IMG/VR virus record: IMGVR_UViG_3300033463_000011
Location: 64,001 to 128,000 of that record
Strand: one strand, 5' to 3'
Length of the DNA stretch: 64,000 nt
Source of the DNA: a virus
Lineage: Duplodnaviria; Caudoviricetes
Numbering within the stretch: position 1 is the first letter of the stretch; each line of letters opens with the position of its first letter. The translations under genes and the position numbers were made by a program. Shown here piece by piece: positions 9,284 to 19,424 of this stretch. Under the pieces are notes generated by a model that saw only the letters and a list, made by a program, of their open reading frames with translations, was not told the origin of the DNA and searched no databases.

Positions 9284-10276
9284 ATGGAAAAATATGTATT
9301 CAGCGGGTCAATAAGACCTTTTGTCCATGATAAGTTGATGTCGCTACCTGATTTTGAACCTCTTGATGTTCTTGTAACTCAGCTTGATAGGCGTGAAATT
9401 GAAACTGTAATCAAGTATAAGCAAGATGGATTTTGCAGATGGTTATTCATTGATTCAGGTGCATTTAGTATACACACAGGTAATGCCCATTTTCCCGATA
9501 AATCAATTAAAGAGCCTACATTCAGACAGTGGGAAGATAATTATATTGATTATCTTAATAGCATTGATGAATATATTGATGTCTGCGCTCAACTTGATAC
9601 TATTCCTGGTAAGTTCCAGCAGCCTAAGAAACCTGAGGACTATGTAGAATCTGCCCAAAAATCTTGGGATAATTATCTTTATATGCGTAGTAAACTTAAG
9701 TCTCCTCAAAAGGTAATGCCAGTATTTCACTACGGAGAAGATCTTAGTGCATTAAAGAATATGTTAGAGTGGCGTGCAGAAGATGGAAGTAAACTAGATT
9801 ATATCGGGATATCTCCTGCTAATGATGCTTCGCAAGATGAAAAAGATACATACATTGCGCAATGCAATGATATAATTGCAAAATCAAGTAATCCTAATGT
9901 AAAAACACATTTATATGGAATGACATCATTACAGTCGCTTGCAAAGAATAAGTGTTATTCGGCAGATAGCGTAAGCCATAGATTGCAAGCTGCATATAAT
10001 CATCTTCTTTCGCCTACATTCGGAACAATTTCAGTATCTACTAGAATACGTAAGAAGAACGGTAAGTCGAATGCTTCGTTTGATTATTTTGCAAATGAAC
10101 ACGACATGAATACACTTAAGGAAGAATTAGCTAAGTGTCAATTGACCTTTGAAGAGGTTCAAGATAGTTCTGATGCAAGGACTGTTTTTAACATCTGGGG
10201 AATTCAACAAATGATAAAGGGCAAGTATAGATATAACGAAGATAAGAAGGTTAAGAAGGCTAAGAAGTTGTTCTAA
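9284..10276 (+). CDS. TGT-fold transglycosylase, DpdA-like (7-deazaguanine DNA modification)
   Basis: FIDSGAFS, QLDTIPG, PVFHYGE, HLYG and SADS motifs of the TGT family. Confidence 0.75.
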   Translation: MEKYVFSGSIRPFVHDKLMSLPDFEPLDVLVTQLDRREIETVIKYKQDGFCRWLFIDSGAFSIHTGNAHFPDKSIKEPTFRQWEDNYIDYLNSIDEYIDVCAQLDTIPGKFQQPKKPEDYVESAQKSWDNYLYMRSKLKSPQKVMPVFHYGEDLSALKNMLEWRAEDGSKLDYIGISPANDASQDEKDTYIAQCNDIIAKSSNPNVKTHLYGMTSLQSLAKNKCYSADSVSHRLQAAYNHLLSPTFGTISVSTRIRKKNGKSNASFDYFANEHDMNTLKEELAKCQLTFEEVQDSSDARTVFNIWGIQQMIKGKYRYNEDKKVKKAKKLF

Positions 10277-10316
10277 CCTTTAATAGAAGTATATATTATG
10301 TAAAGGGGTATATACT

Positions 10317-10715
10317 TTGAAAAATTGCTTCACTATAACAATTCAATCTTCAAAGATGGATGACTTAGCTCTTCATACAGAAGTATTTAATTCCAAAGAA
10401 GTACCTGACGTGATTTGTGTAAAATTGCCTGATAGTATGCCACGAGATATGGATCTATCAGGTATTTATGATTTAACAAATAACAAAGAATTAGAATTTT
10501 CGGATTATGTATCTAGAGATGAACACAGACCTTGGATTGATATATCTACTGCATTATTAGATGTGCTTTCAGGGCAACATATATACAAGTTAACATTCTC
10601 TAAAGAAGCTTGCAAGTTAACTGCAACTTGTTGGTTTAGCTACATAATTCAAGATACTTTTGTTAATAAGCCTTATGTATACATGAAGCGAGAAGAAGAG
10701 GAATTAGATACATGA
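10317..10715 (+). CDS. Hypothetical protein
   Basis: ORF with a TTG start after an AACCTT motif. Confidence 0.55.
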   Translation: MKNCFTITIQSSKMDDLALHTEVFNSKEVPDVICVKLPDSMPRDMDLSGIYDLTNNKELEFSDYVSRDEHRPWIDISTALLDVLSGQHIYKLTFSKEACKLTATCWFSYIIQDTFVNKPYVYMKREEEELDT

Positions 10716-11194
10716 AGCTATATATAAAAGCAAGTTTAAATTCTGAATTATATGAAATTAGCGTAGCAGGAATTAACGGAGGAAGTGAAACTGAACTTCA
10801 AGCTAAGTTACAAAAACTTTTAACTCGTGTCCCTGATGGAAGGTACGTATTAGATTTAGGACCTAAAGGCTATAACACAGGTTATTTAAAAGTTGATAAA
10901 GATAACTTTAAGTGGTTATATAATGGGGAATCTTATCCAGTTACTAATTATTGGGAGATCAAAGACCATTACATAGTTCTTCCCGAAGGATTTATGATTA
11001 GTGATAGAATTGATCACGAAGATGATAATGTAATTGTTTATGAAATATACGGAAGCGATTCTGTGATATATAGCGGTATAGAAGATTATGAACCAATGAA
11101 AGATGACGATTGGCGTTACTGCAAAGAATTAGGTATTTATTATCTTATAGATTATCAAAAAAGAGCAATATATGTTAAATGGAAGGTGATTTGA
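10712..11194 (+). CDS. Leader-bearing protein (MKLYIKAS)
   Basis: Shared N-terminal leader. Confidence 0.65.
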   Translation: MKLYIKASLNSELYEISVAGINGGSETELQAKLQKLLTRVPDGRYVLDLGPKGYNTGYLKVDKDNFKWLYNGESYPVTNYWEIKDHYIVLPEGFMISDRIDHEDDNVIVYEIYGSDSVIYSGIEDYEPMKDDDWRYCKELGIYYLIDYQKRAIYVKWKVI

Positions 11195-11196
11195 TT

Positions 11197-11961
11197 ATGA
11201 GGTTAAGCAGAATCTATACATCAAAAATGTATTTAACTAATCCTCGTAGGGATAGGATTCATGCAGCTATTAATAGCCCTGAGAATGTAGAATTAGTTCA
11301 GCAATTTGCAGATTATTTAGATGATGATTCTAAAGAAATATTAAAGCAGGCTATTAAAGAGCAAGCGGAGGCTAAACAGGCAGAAGATGTAAAATCAGAA
11401 CCTAAGGAATCTGGTGAAGGCGGTACGTCTGAAGAAAACTTCCCTGATGCAGAACATAATGTATTTTCCCCTTCTTATAGCGGAGGATCTTCGTTTGATA
11501 TTCCTGACGAGGGCGGAGACGTTGATGAGGGTGTTGACATATTTGATGTTCCTGAAGAAGGCTCAGAATCTGCTGAACCTGAACCTGAGGCTGAAGTTGC
11601 TGACATAGAAGAGTCTACTGAAGTTTCTGGAAAAGTAATTACTGCAGATACTTCAATCGAAGAGATAATAGTTGACATTGTAAGTGAGTCAAATGTAATT
11701 AAAGGAACACTTAATAGCATCAAAGATACTGCAGGAGTTATTAGAATTGCTGTTGATGACAATGAGCTTTGGATTTATTATAAAGACGAAGTTAACATCG
11801 GCGATATAATGGTAAATGTAATTGAAACGCTCAATGGCGCTAACTATACATACCTTACATTTAGCAGATTAGCAAGGTCTAATAATGCGATTGTATTTGA
11901 TATTAATTTTAACTTACAAGAACCTGTAAAATCTATCAATGAGGTATCGGAGGAAACTTGA
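11197..11961 (+). CDS. Acidic protein, possible head core/scaffold-like
   Basis: Long acidic linker with internal IHAA and VITAD sites resembling the leader core. The start at 11197 is inferred. Confidence 0.5.
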   Translation: MRLSRIYTSKMYLTNPRRDRIHAAINSPENVELVQQFADYLDDDSKEILKQAIKEQAEAKQAEDVKSEPKESGEGGTSEENFPDAEHNVFSPSYSGGSSFDIPDEGGDVDEGVDIFDVPEEGSESAEPEPEAEVADIEESTEVSGKVITADTSIEEIIVDIVSESNVIKGTLNSIKDTAGVIRIAVDDNELWIYYKDEVNIGDIMVNVIETLNGANYTYLTFSRLARSNNAIVFDINFNLQEPVKSINEVSEET

Positions 11962-11962
11962 T

Positions 11963-12184
11963 ATGTCAAATGATTATGATCCAACATTTGATGCTTTTCA
12001 AGATGAATTGAATCATGCGGTCTATGGAGCAATAAGCAGCGTATTATATAAATATGTAGGATATTTTGAAATGCGTCCCGAAAGACTTGAGGCATTACTT
12101 ATATCTTCAGTAGATACTGCTTTAGAAAATTGGGTTTATAGATATATTGAAAGTGAAAATTATTTAGAATTACTTGGAGAGTAA
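11963..12184 (+). CDS. Hypothetical protein
   Basis: GGAGG RBS before ATG 11963. Confidence 0.55.
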   Translation: MSNDYDPTFDAFQDELNHAVYGAISSVLYKYVGYFEMRPERLEALLISSVDTALENWVYRYIESENYLELLGE

Positions 12185-13378
12185 ATGAATATACTTGCTG
12201 CTGATTTAATCAGATACAATGCAAATAATAGGGGAACATACACTGGCGATTGTACTGCCCGTGCTATTTCTCTTGCGTTTAATATGGATTATCATAAAGC
12301 AAGAAAATTATTGAATGATTCTGCGAGAGAAAATTGGAGACTTAATTGGCAGTATAATTCTACTAACAATGTCAAGAAAGTAATTGAAAAACTCGGCGGC
12401 GGAAAAGCAGCAATATTGGTTGGTAGAGAATACACAGTTAATAGTTTTGCAGATTCACATAATCAAGGTACATATATTCTTCATTGTAATGATAATGGTA
12501 AAGAAGGCGGACCTGGAGGTCATTTAGTTACCATAATTGACGGTAAAGTATATGACAGTTGGGATTCTAGAAATTGTTATGTATTAACTTATCATAGAAT
12601 TGATTCGGGAATTCGCGGAGAAGATATAACTGATGTAGGCGAGTATCTTGCTCAATTCTTTAAATCAATGACTTCTCAAGGCCTAATTTCTTATGCCAAT
12701 AATGTATTTGATACAGTAGTTGACAAAAATAAAAAGTTAAAGAAACTCTCAGATGAGTATGGTGTAGATATAAGTCTATCTTTATCAGTAAGAAAAGCAG
12801 TATTCAAAGACTACGTGTTCAAATTTGTATATTCTGTTAGCGTAGATATTCCTTCCTATAACATATACAACAGTTCATATAGCAGTAAATTTGGAATTAC
12901 ATTTTCACCTACAATGACACCTGATCAAGTAGAGCCTTCATTCAATGCAAGATTTTATACAAAGATCTATGATTTTGTTAATTCAATCGTTAAGAAAATT
13001 GAAGATACTTGTGATGGGTATAGATTAATTGAACAGAATCGCGAAGGTATTACTATTCCTGATAGATTAAGATATCAATATGATAGATGGGACAGTGCAA
13101 CTGAGAAAAGCTTTAATGCATTACCTTATTGGGTAAGAAGATTAACTAAATGGTTTAGTAGGCGTAGTCCTTTTGAAGGTGGAGATTATGATAGCGTTGA
13201 ATTAACTATCTACACTCCGCCATTTGATACTAAATATGGACAAGCTACAGAAAATACAGTAGATCCAGATACACGGTACTTTCATGCGTACAATATGAAT
13301 GATTTAATGCGAGGATTGCAACATTATAGAGTTACTGGAGATTACGATGAAGCATATTTAATCGCAGGTGATTATTAA
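12185..13378 (+). CDS. Protein with an N-terminal papain-like (Cys-His-Asp) domain
   Basis: GDCTARAIS...GHLVTIIDGKVYDSWDS; starts MNILAA, a leader variant. Confidence 0.5.
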   Translation: MNILAADLIRYNANNRGTYTGDCTARAISLAFNMDYHKARKLLNDSARENWRLNWQYNSTNNVKKVIEKLGGGKAAILVGREYTVNSFADSHNQGTYILHCNDNGKEGGPGGHLVTIIDGKVYDSWDSRNCYVLTYHRIDSGIRGEDITDVGEYLAQFFKSMTSQGLISYANNVFDTVVDKNKKLKKLSDEYGVDISLSLSVRKAVFKDYVFKFVYSVSVDIPSYNIYNSSYSSKFGITFSPTMTPDQVEPSFNARFYTKIYDFVNSIVKKIEDTCDGYRLIEQNREGITIPDRLRYQYDRWDSATEKSFNALPYWVRRLTKWFSRRSPFEGGDYDSVELTIYTPPFDTKYGQATENTVDPDTRYFHAYNMNDLMRGLQHYRVTGDYDEAYLIAGDY

Positions 13379-13788
13379 TGAAATTGTATATTCGAGCATC
13401 GTTATCTAAAGAAGAACAGTTTCAAATTATCAATGAAACTAATCCTGCTCCTGAAGAGATGTATACTTGGATAAGGTCGGTAGATGATATACAAACTTTT
13501 CAAGAAGCTTTTGAAAATAATCGGGATGGCTATTCGGAAGGATTTACTGAGGACTATACCACAGAAGATATGTTAGCTGCTATACGCACTGGTAAGATAA
13601 CTGTATACAGCTCATATCCAATAGAGAACGGAAAATTTGTAACGCCTTCATATATGGAAGCAAAAAGCTACGGAGGCAGTTATGGAGTATATACAGCAAC
13701 TGTTGATTTAGATGATATTGCTTGGATAGATGTAGATCAAGGGCAGGTTGCAACAAATAAGAAGATAAATTACAAAAAGATAAAGTAA
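13378..13788 (+). CDS. Leader-bearing protein (MKLYIRAS), possible ART-like fold
   Basis: Leader plus ITVYSSYP...FVTPS...AKSY...DIAWID. Confidence 0.5.
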   Translation: MKLYIRASLSKEEQFQIINETNPAPEEMYTWIRSVDDIQTFQEAFENNRDGYSEGFTEDYTTEDMLAAIRTGKITVYSSYPIENGKFVTPSYMEAKSYGGSYGVYTATVDLDDIAWIDVDQGQVATNKKINYKKIK

Positions 13789-13833
13789 CCTTATATCTAT
13801 TTGTATAAAAATTCATAAAGGAGATATTATATC

Positions 13834-14295
13834 ATGAAGAGATATATCCGTTCCGCTAATAAAATTTCTAACAAGATTACTCAGAAGATTGCTGATAAGA
13901 AATTCAACGAGAACGAAATCTTAGTAAGAGCTCTTGCAGGTGAGCATAAGGGTGAACCTATGATGTATGTATTCTTCAACATCATGCTTGATCCTAATGT
14001 TCAGATTGAAAATCCTAATCAGCTTGAAGGTAACCACACAATTTTCTACAATGGTAAGAATATTGGTTGGATTAATTTTGAGAGAGGTATGGGTTGGATT
14101 GACGATAGAGCTTATGATAAGATTCAGAAAGTTGATCCTGCTGTATTAGATCAGCTCATTGCTCAGTGGTTTGCTCAATTCGGTCTCGGTGCTGGCGCTG
14201 ATTATGCTCCTGCAGACGAATCATTAAGAATTGATGATGGCAGAACAACATACGGCCCTGACTTCTTTGATGACGATCAGAGTTATTGGTCATAA
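13834..14295 (+). CDS. Leader-bearing protein (MKRYIRSA)
   Basis: Leader, AGGAG RBS and an upstream AACCTT motif. Confidence 0.65.
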   Translation: MKRYIRSANKISNKITQKIADKKFNENEILVRALAGEHKGEPMMYVFFNIMLDPNVQIENPNQLEGNHTIFYNGKNIGWINFERGMGWIDDRAYDKIQKVDPAVLDQLIAQWFAQFGLGAGADYAPADESLRIDDGRTTYGPDFFDDDQSYWS

Positions 14296-14301
14296 TATAT
14301 T

Positions 14302-14613
14302 ATGATAGATTTGCCTGTAGCAGAAGAATTAGATTTTCAATATTTACTGCAACTTCTTCCTCCTCTGGAAGATACACCAGAATTTGCAAATCTTCCTGAG
14401 TTGTTTAGCATAATTGGTGCAAAATCGCTGATTAGTCTATGCAAATATGCAGGCGGAGAAACAATAACAATACCTACACTTGAGCAGTTATGCAACGATA
14501 TAGAAGCTCTTCAATGGTATTATGATGTATATATAGCAAAAAGAAAATCTTTCGGAGAAATTCCTGCAAATTTATATCCATTAGTTAGCAAAATAAAAGA
14601 AGTGTATAAATAA
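14302..14613 (+). CDS. Mor-like transcription activator
   Basis: ELFSIIG...LCKYAGGETITIP resembles the Mor-family IG...L...GG..IYIP pattern. Confidence 0.45.
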   Translation: MIDLPVAEELDFQYLLQLLPPLEDTPEFANLPELFSIIGAKSLISLCKYAGGETITIPTLEQLCNDIEALQWYYDVYIAKRKSFGEIPANLYPLVSKIKEVYK

Positions 14614-14627
14614 GGAGAAATTAAGAA

Positions 14628-14975
14628 ATGAAGATTTATATTAGGTCTGCAAGAAAAGTTGATGAATCCTATGAAGACATTGAGTGCACAGATTACAGCA
14701 AGTTCAGTGTTGTATTCATGCTCATGCAAAAGTATTCAGATGGAATGTACTGCTTAGGCAAGTTCTACGCAGATAACTTATGGGCAGCTAAAGAAGCCCT
14801 CCAAGAAGCCCTCAAAAAACATCCTAACCTCGCCGATGCTAATCTCTATGTATCTAAGTACAATTCATATTTTGATACTGAAGAGAATAGAAAAGATCCA
14901 GACGGTGTAGAAGTTGACGTAGCCGATTCATTAGAAGATCTCATCGAAGAATTTGATTACGAATACGCAGAGTAA
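14628..14975 (+). CDS. Leader-bearing protein (MKIYIRSA)
   Basis: Leader and RBS. Confidence 0.65.
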   Translation: MKIYIRSARKVDESYEDIECTDYSKFSVVFMLMQKYSDGMYCLGKFYADNLWAAKEALQEALKKHPNLADANLYVSKYNSYFDTEENRKDPDGVEVDVADSLEDLIEEFDYEYAE

Positions 14976-15045
14976 ATAATAAATAACTTAAATTAGTGCG
15001 ACAATCAGATTTCTGGTTGTCCATTAATTTAGTAGAGGTGATAAT

Positions 15046-16002
15046 ATGAAAAGAAAGTATATCCAATCCGCAGAATCTGATTATGTTCGTGTAGGAAACA
15101 TGATGTTTCCTAAAGATGCAAGTGAATACGGTTATGAAAGTGCAGAACAGATAAGTGAGAAAACTAAAAGAAAGTATCAAGCCGAACTAGATGCAAAAGC
15201 TGCAGAAGAAAAACGCATTGCAGATATCGCAAGAGGTAGATTAAATTATCAGATGACAGTTTCTCAAGTGGATCCATCACTTTCTGTAGATGATCAATTA
15301 GCTGCAATGTTTGATAATTGCGTACCTTACGAAGGCAAGTGCGATAACATTGGTGCAGAATTAATTCGTGCTATCAACAGACTTGGATATCGTTGGAGTA
15401 ACGACGGAGATAGATTCTATGAAGGTTACGGATTAGAAACATGTGGAGGAGATGCTGCTTTCATTATTGACTTCACTGAAGGTTCGGATATTCCAGAATG
15501 GATGTATGATATGGTTGAACGAGGTGCAGAGCCTGACGACTTATATGATGAGCATCTTAAGGTGTTAGAGGAAAAAGTGCTTGATTACGTAAGAAATAAC
15601 CCGCAGTTGTTTGGTCAAGATACTCCAGATTCTCGTGAATATTCATCAGATACACTTGATGAGATAAAAGAAATGTCACCTAAATATGAATTCGAACCTG
15701 ATGTATATGAATTGTGGGATTTTGTATCAAGAGAAAAAATTGACGACAGTGACATTAAGGATTGGCTTGATTCCTTAGCTGAATATGACTTTGGCGGAGA
15801 AGTACGACAGTGGGCTAGAGATGGGTTCATAGTTGAAGATCTTGATAAAGAACAGCTTCAAGAGTGGGAAAGCAGATATTCTAAAGCACTTGAATACCAC
15901 CTCGAAGAACTTCGTGGGGAATTTCCCGAAGACGAGGATGAAGACGAAGACGAAGAGTACGAGGATGATGAGTACGAAGACGAAGAGGATAGCGATTTCT
16001 AA
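15046..16002 (+). CDS. Leader-bearing acidic protein (MKRKYIQSA)
   Basis: Leader; poly-D/E C-terminal tail. Confidence 0.65.
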   Translation: MKRKYIQSAESDYVRVGNMMFPKDASEYGYESAEQISEKTKRKYQAELDAKAAEEKRIADIARGRLNYQMTVSQVDPSLSVDDQLAAMFDNCVPYEGKCDNIGAELIRAINRLGYRWSNDGDRFYEGYGLETCGGDAAFIIDFTEGSDIPEWMYDMVERGAEPDDLYDEHLKVLEEKVLDYVRNNPQLFGQDTPDSREYSSDTLDEIKEMSPKYEFEPDVYELWDFVSREKIDDSDIKDWLDSLAEYDFGGEVRQWARDGFIVEDLDKEQLQEWESRYSKALEYHLEELRGEFPEDEDEDEDEEYEDDEYEDEEDSDF

Positions 16003-16007
16003 TTGAT

Positions 16008-16193
16008 ATGCTTGAAACAGTCAAAAAGTACATCCAAGAACTTCCTGACATAGATTTCAATACTTATTATCAAAACTACGTATTATCTGTACAAGATGAG
16101 AATATTGGTATAGAATCTAAACAATTCAACACCTTTAATGATATTAATAAATTAATCGCTAAAATTCAAAGAGAGCTAGGTAACATATCGTGA
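16008..16193 (+). CDS. Hypothetical protein
   Basis: ORF within the operon. Confidence 0.5.
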   Translation: MLETVKKYIQELPDIDFNTYYQNYVLSVQDENIGIESKQFNTFNDINKLIAKIQRELGNIS

Positions 16194-16663
16194 AACAAGA
16201 AGAAATAGTAATTACTTCTAGTGATATTCAATCTGCATATACAAGATTCTACACGTATATGATGAAATATCTATGGGACATAAATACTACAATGGATTTA
16301 GCAAAATTAGAGATTGCTATCTATAAGAGATTTCCAGATCAAGATGAGATGAAAGAATGTCTTTATAGATTAGAAAAAGACATAGATGATACTTATCGTG
16401 ATGAGGATGATCCAAACAGCAAAGATTTCAAAAAGAAGTTTGAGGTATTAAAGGATTACATCGAAAAGTATAATACTCCGGGATTTGATATTTATAGAGT
16501 TGAACCCGAACTTGATTTAGATGAGATAAAGGGTGAAAGCGAAGAAGCTCACGATGACGAAAATATATTTGACGAAGAAAATATTGGTGAGCTTGAAGTA
16601 AAAGAAGAACCCGAAAAACAAACGAAAAAGAAAATTAAAATAGGAAAAATAGTTCGTAAATAA
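16190..16663 (+). CDS. Hypothetical protein
   Basis: ORF; starts MKQEEIVITSS, a possible leader variant. Confidence 0.55.
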   Translation: MKQEEIVITSSDIQSAYTRFYTYMMKYLWDINTTMDLAKLEIAIYKRFPDQDEMKECLYRLEKDIDDTYRDEDDPNSKDFKKKFEVLKDYIEKYNTPGFDIYRVEPELDLDEIKGESEEAHDDENIFDEENIGELEVKEEPEKQTKKKIKIGKIVRK

Positions 16664-16692
16664 GCAGTCGAAGCTAAGAAAGGATTACATGC

Positions 16693-16902
16693 ATGGAACA
16701 AATACTTAAACAGTTCGGACTGGATCAGTTCTGGAATGAAGAAGAGGGTATGATAATCATTATGGATGATGATATTGATATGTCAGATCCTTTTCAGTTC
16801 TCTAAGATTAGACGTTTCTTGTTAAACAACGAGAACTGGGTGCTTGGGCATGATCTTTGGGGTACAGATGATGGTTATTGGTATCTTATGCCGATTCGTT
16901 AA
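16693..16902 (+). CDS. Hypothetical protein
   Basis: ORF with AAGGA RBS. Confidence 0.55.
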   Translation: MEQILKQFGLDQFWNEEEGMIIIMDDDIDMSDPFQFSKIRRFLLNNENWVLGHDLWGTDDGYWYLMPIR

Positions 16903-17024
16903 AATTATAATATTTGGGCAAGCACATGGTTGTCTATCAGTCAAAGGTTAAGATCAAATAGGTCTTAACCTTAATTAATTATGAAATAACATCTAAAATT
17001 TATGATTTTAGGAGAATAGGAAAA

Positions 17025-17627
17025 ATGGTTATTATAGCCGCAGAAGCACTTGATTGGGGCAAGTTAGTAGTAGATTTCTTTGTCGCCTTACTTGCATTTT
17101 TCGCATGTACTGGATTCTGGGAATTGCGTAAAACAAAATTTTTAGCAAAACGAGAAGATAAAAAGGAAGAAAAAGATTACGATAGTAAGCTTGAGCATAT
17201 GTCGGAGCAAATGACCGGGATATCAGATCAGGTAACATCTTTATCAGATAAATTCGACTTTATGGCAGAAGATATGCAGGAGTTGAAAAAAGATATCATT
17301 CTTCTGCAGCAAGCTAATGAGGAAACTGTAAAGTATCGAGAATTAAGAGATGCTCAAGATAGAAAATCATTAAAGGCACAAGAAGCCGTAATTGAATCCC
17401 TTAAAGGGTTACTTCGAGATCGTTTACTAGAAGTATACAAGCAATGTATCGCTAAAGGTTATTACACCAAAGAGGAAAGAGAAACATACGGCGAGTTGTT
17501 TACCTGCTATGAAAGCGAGCCGTTTGACGGAAATGGTGTAATGCATCAACTGAGGCCTATTGTTCAAGCACTTCCTTGGACAGCCGAAGATGCAGGCAAA
17601 TTAAACGACACAGATAGCGATGATTGA
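17025..17627 (+). CDS. Membrane-anchored coiled-coil protein (holin-like)
   Basis: N-terminal transmembrane segment (FFVALLAFFACTGFW), a coiled coil, and a C-terminal Y...GNG...L...V..LP pattern. Confidence 0.5.
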   Translation: MVIIAAEALDWGKLVVDFFVALLAFFACTGFWELRKTKFLAKREDKKEEKDYDSKLEHMSEQMTGISDQVTSLSDKFDFMAEDMQELKKDIILLQQANEETVKYRELRDAQDRKSLKAQEAVIESLKGLLRDRLLEVYKQCIAKGYYTKEERETYGELFTCYESEPFDGNGVMHQLRPIVQALPWTAEDAGKLNDTDSDD

Positions 17628-17670
17628 ATCGTTATGATAAAATAACACTCATTCTTATTGAGAGAGCGAT

Positions 17671-17943
17671 ATGAAAATCTATTCACACAGCAAAATCAGT
17701 CAAAAGACAATAGATTACAAACTCAAATATGTAAACAATGTAATCGCAAAAGTTAGAAGAGGTTCTGCTTCAATGGAAGAGCTTAATCAAGCTTGCGAGA
17801 TGATACATTGGTTATGGAAATGGAAGGTCATAGACAGAGAAGAATCAGGTAAGTTAGCTGATATGATTTCTGACGCTATGGAAGGCAAATATCCCGAAGA
17901 TGATTGGGAAGATGGAAATAATTATTTCAAAGGAGAAGAATAA
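17671..17943 (+). CDS. Leader-bearing protein (MKIYSHS)
   Basis: Leader variant; upstream GAATCGTTAT. Confidence 0.6.
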   Translation: MKIYSHSKISQKTIDYKLKYVNNVIAKVRRGSASMEELNQACEMIHWLWKWKVIDREESGKLADMISDAMEGKYPEDDWEDGNNYFKGEE

Positions 17944-18165
17944 ATGGAAATTGTAACAATATCCGCAGAATTATGGGGCTATACTGGTTCAGAAGTATTT
18001 TATATCATGTCTGATAAAAGGGATATGAATAAAAATAAGAAAAAGTTAGTAGATACTCTTTATGGCTTAGCATTAGCTCGTAATTATCCTACAACAAAAG
18101 AAGATATTGAAGCTACTGTTGAGTATGATATGGATATTCAGTTAGGTGAAGTTTATAAGCAGTAA
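17944..18165 (+). CDS. Hypothetical protein
   Basis: ORF with AGGAG RBS. Confidence 0.55.
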   Translation: MEIVTISAELWGYTGSEVFYIMSDKRDMNKNKKKLVDTLYGLALARNYPTTKEDIEATVEYDMDIQLGEVYKQ

Positions 18166-18183
18166 CTATTTCAAAGGAGATAA

Positions 18184-18633
18184 ATGAAGTTATATGTAAG
18201 GACAGCTGAATCAGAAAAGTCTACTCCCGAAGGAAATGTAGGCATCTGGTGGTATTGCAACGGCAACGTTGTAGGGGAATTCTGTCCTGTGGCTGAAGGG
18301 GTGGAAGATAGAGGCTACATCCAATTCAGTAAGACAAAGAATCATATAACAGAATGGGAAACAACAATCAAAGAGCAGCTTCCTGAAGCTATTGATTTAA
18401 TTTCAAAAGGATATAGGTCAATAGAAAGAGGTCGTGTAGTTTATGATATTCGTTCTCAAGTATATGAAATCATATGTAGTCAAGCAATTGCTGCTGATAA
18501 AGATGCTATAGACCTTATTGCTAAAGAATTTAGTATTTCAGATTTGAGATATGATGTAATACCGAGTTCTCATTATTATGTTCCTACATATACAGGAAAT
18601 CCTGCATTAGATAATTTTGATTTTGGAGATTAA
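18184..18633 (+). CDS. Leader-bearing protein (MKLYVRTA)
   Basis: Leader and RBS. Confidence 0.65.
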   Translation: MKLYVRTAESEKSTPEGNVGIWWYCNGNVVGEFCPVAEGVEDRGYIQFSKTKNHITEWETTIKEQLPEAIDLISKGYRSIERGRVVYDIRSQVYEIICSQAIAADKDAIDLIAKEFSISDLRYDVIPSSHYYVPTYTGNPALDNFDFGD

Positions 18634-18658
18634 ATAGATGAAAATAGGAGGAGAATAA

Positions 18659-19012
18659 ATGGATTTATATAATCAATTTATAAAATATTATGAAAGAGCA
18701 TTAGACAGAGGTCAAGACGATAAGACTGCTGCTGTTGAAAATATTTACAACGCTTATGGTCTCGATGAATCTTCTGGAGACATGTATGAGTGCTTTATGT
18801 TACTTCCAGAAGATGCACAGATGGAAGTTATCAATATATTACTTCCTGAATTAGAGCCGGGTGATATTGGATATGCAAAAGAGATGTATAAATATGCATT
18901 AACTTTAGGTAATGAGTTAGGCTATGGAGAGGAACCTAAGTATCCTTACTACGCAGGTATAGTTGATTTCTACGAAGCCCTCAAAGCAGAAGGAATTGAT
19001 TTAGGATTTTAA
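18659..19012 (+). CDS. Hypothetical protein
   Basis: ORF with GGAGGAG RBS. Confidence 0.6.
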   Translation: MDLYNQFIKYYERALDRGQDDKTAAVENIYNAYGLDESSGDMYECFMLLPEDAQMEVINILLPELEPGDIGYAKEMYKYALTLGNELGYGEEPKYPYYAGIVDFYEALKAEGIDLGF

Positions 19013-19030
19013 TTTGAGAGAAGTACATAT

Positions 19031-19075
19031 ATGAAGATTTATATCAAATCTACGTCAGATTTACATGAGAAATAA
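19031..19075 (+). pseudogene. Leader-only mini-ORF MKIYIKSTSDLHEK*
   Basis: Intergenic 14-codon ORF consisting essentially of the shared leader. Confidence 0.55.
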
Positions 19076-19119
19076 ATAACACAGAGAATAGCAGTTTAAT
19101 TTCTAGGAGGAATACATAA

Positions 19120-19305
19120 ATGCAGATTAAGAAAACAAAAAAGTCAGAAGTAACAGCTTCAAAGAAATCATCCGATAATGATAAAGCATTATCTCATATT
19201 AAAGCTGCAATCGACATTCTTGCTACACGCAATGACGAAGTATCCAAAGACAGTATCGCTAATCTTGGTGTAGTAATGTTCGATTTAATGGGCAGTGAAG
19301 AGTAA
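19120..19305 (+). CDS. Small protein with a basic N-terminus and a VTAS site
   Basis: GGAGG RBS; MQIKKTKKSEVTASKK. Confidence 0.6.
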   Translation: MQIKKTKKSEVTASKKSSDNDKALSHIKAAIDILATRNDEVSKDSIANLGVVMFDLMGSEE

Positions 19306-19424
19306 TTACAAACAGACAATTCATTTAGGTTTTATAACTATTAAGGTAAGAGCAATCCTACCTTTTTTAGTTTAACCTTATATACAATTATCAAATAATT
19401 CAAGAAATAAAGGTACAATTTAAT

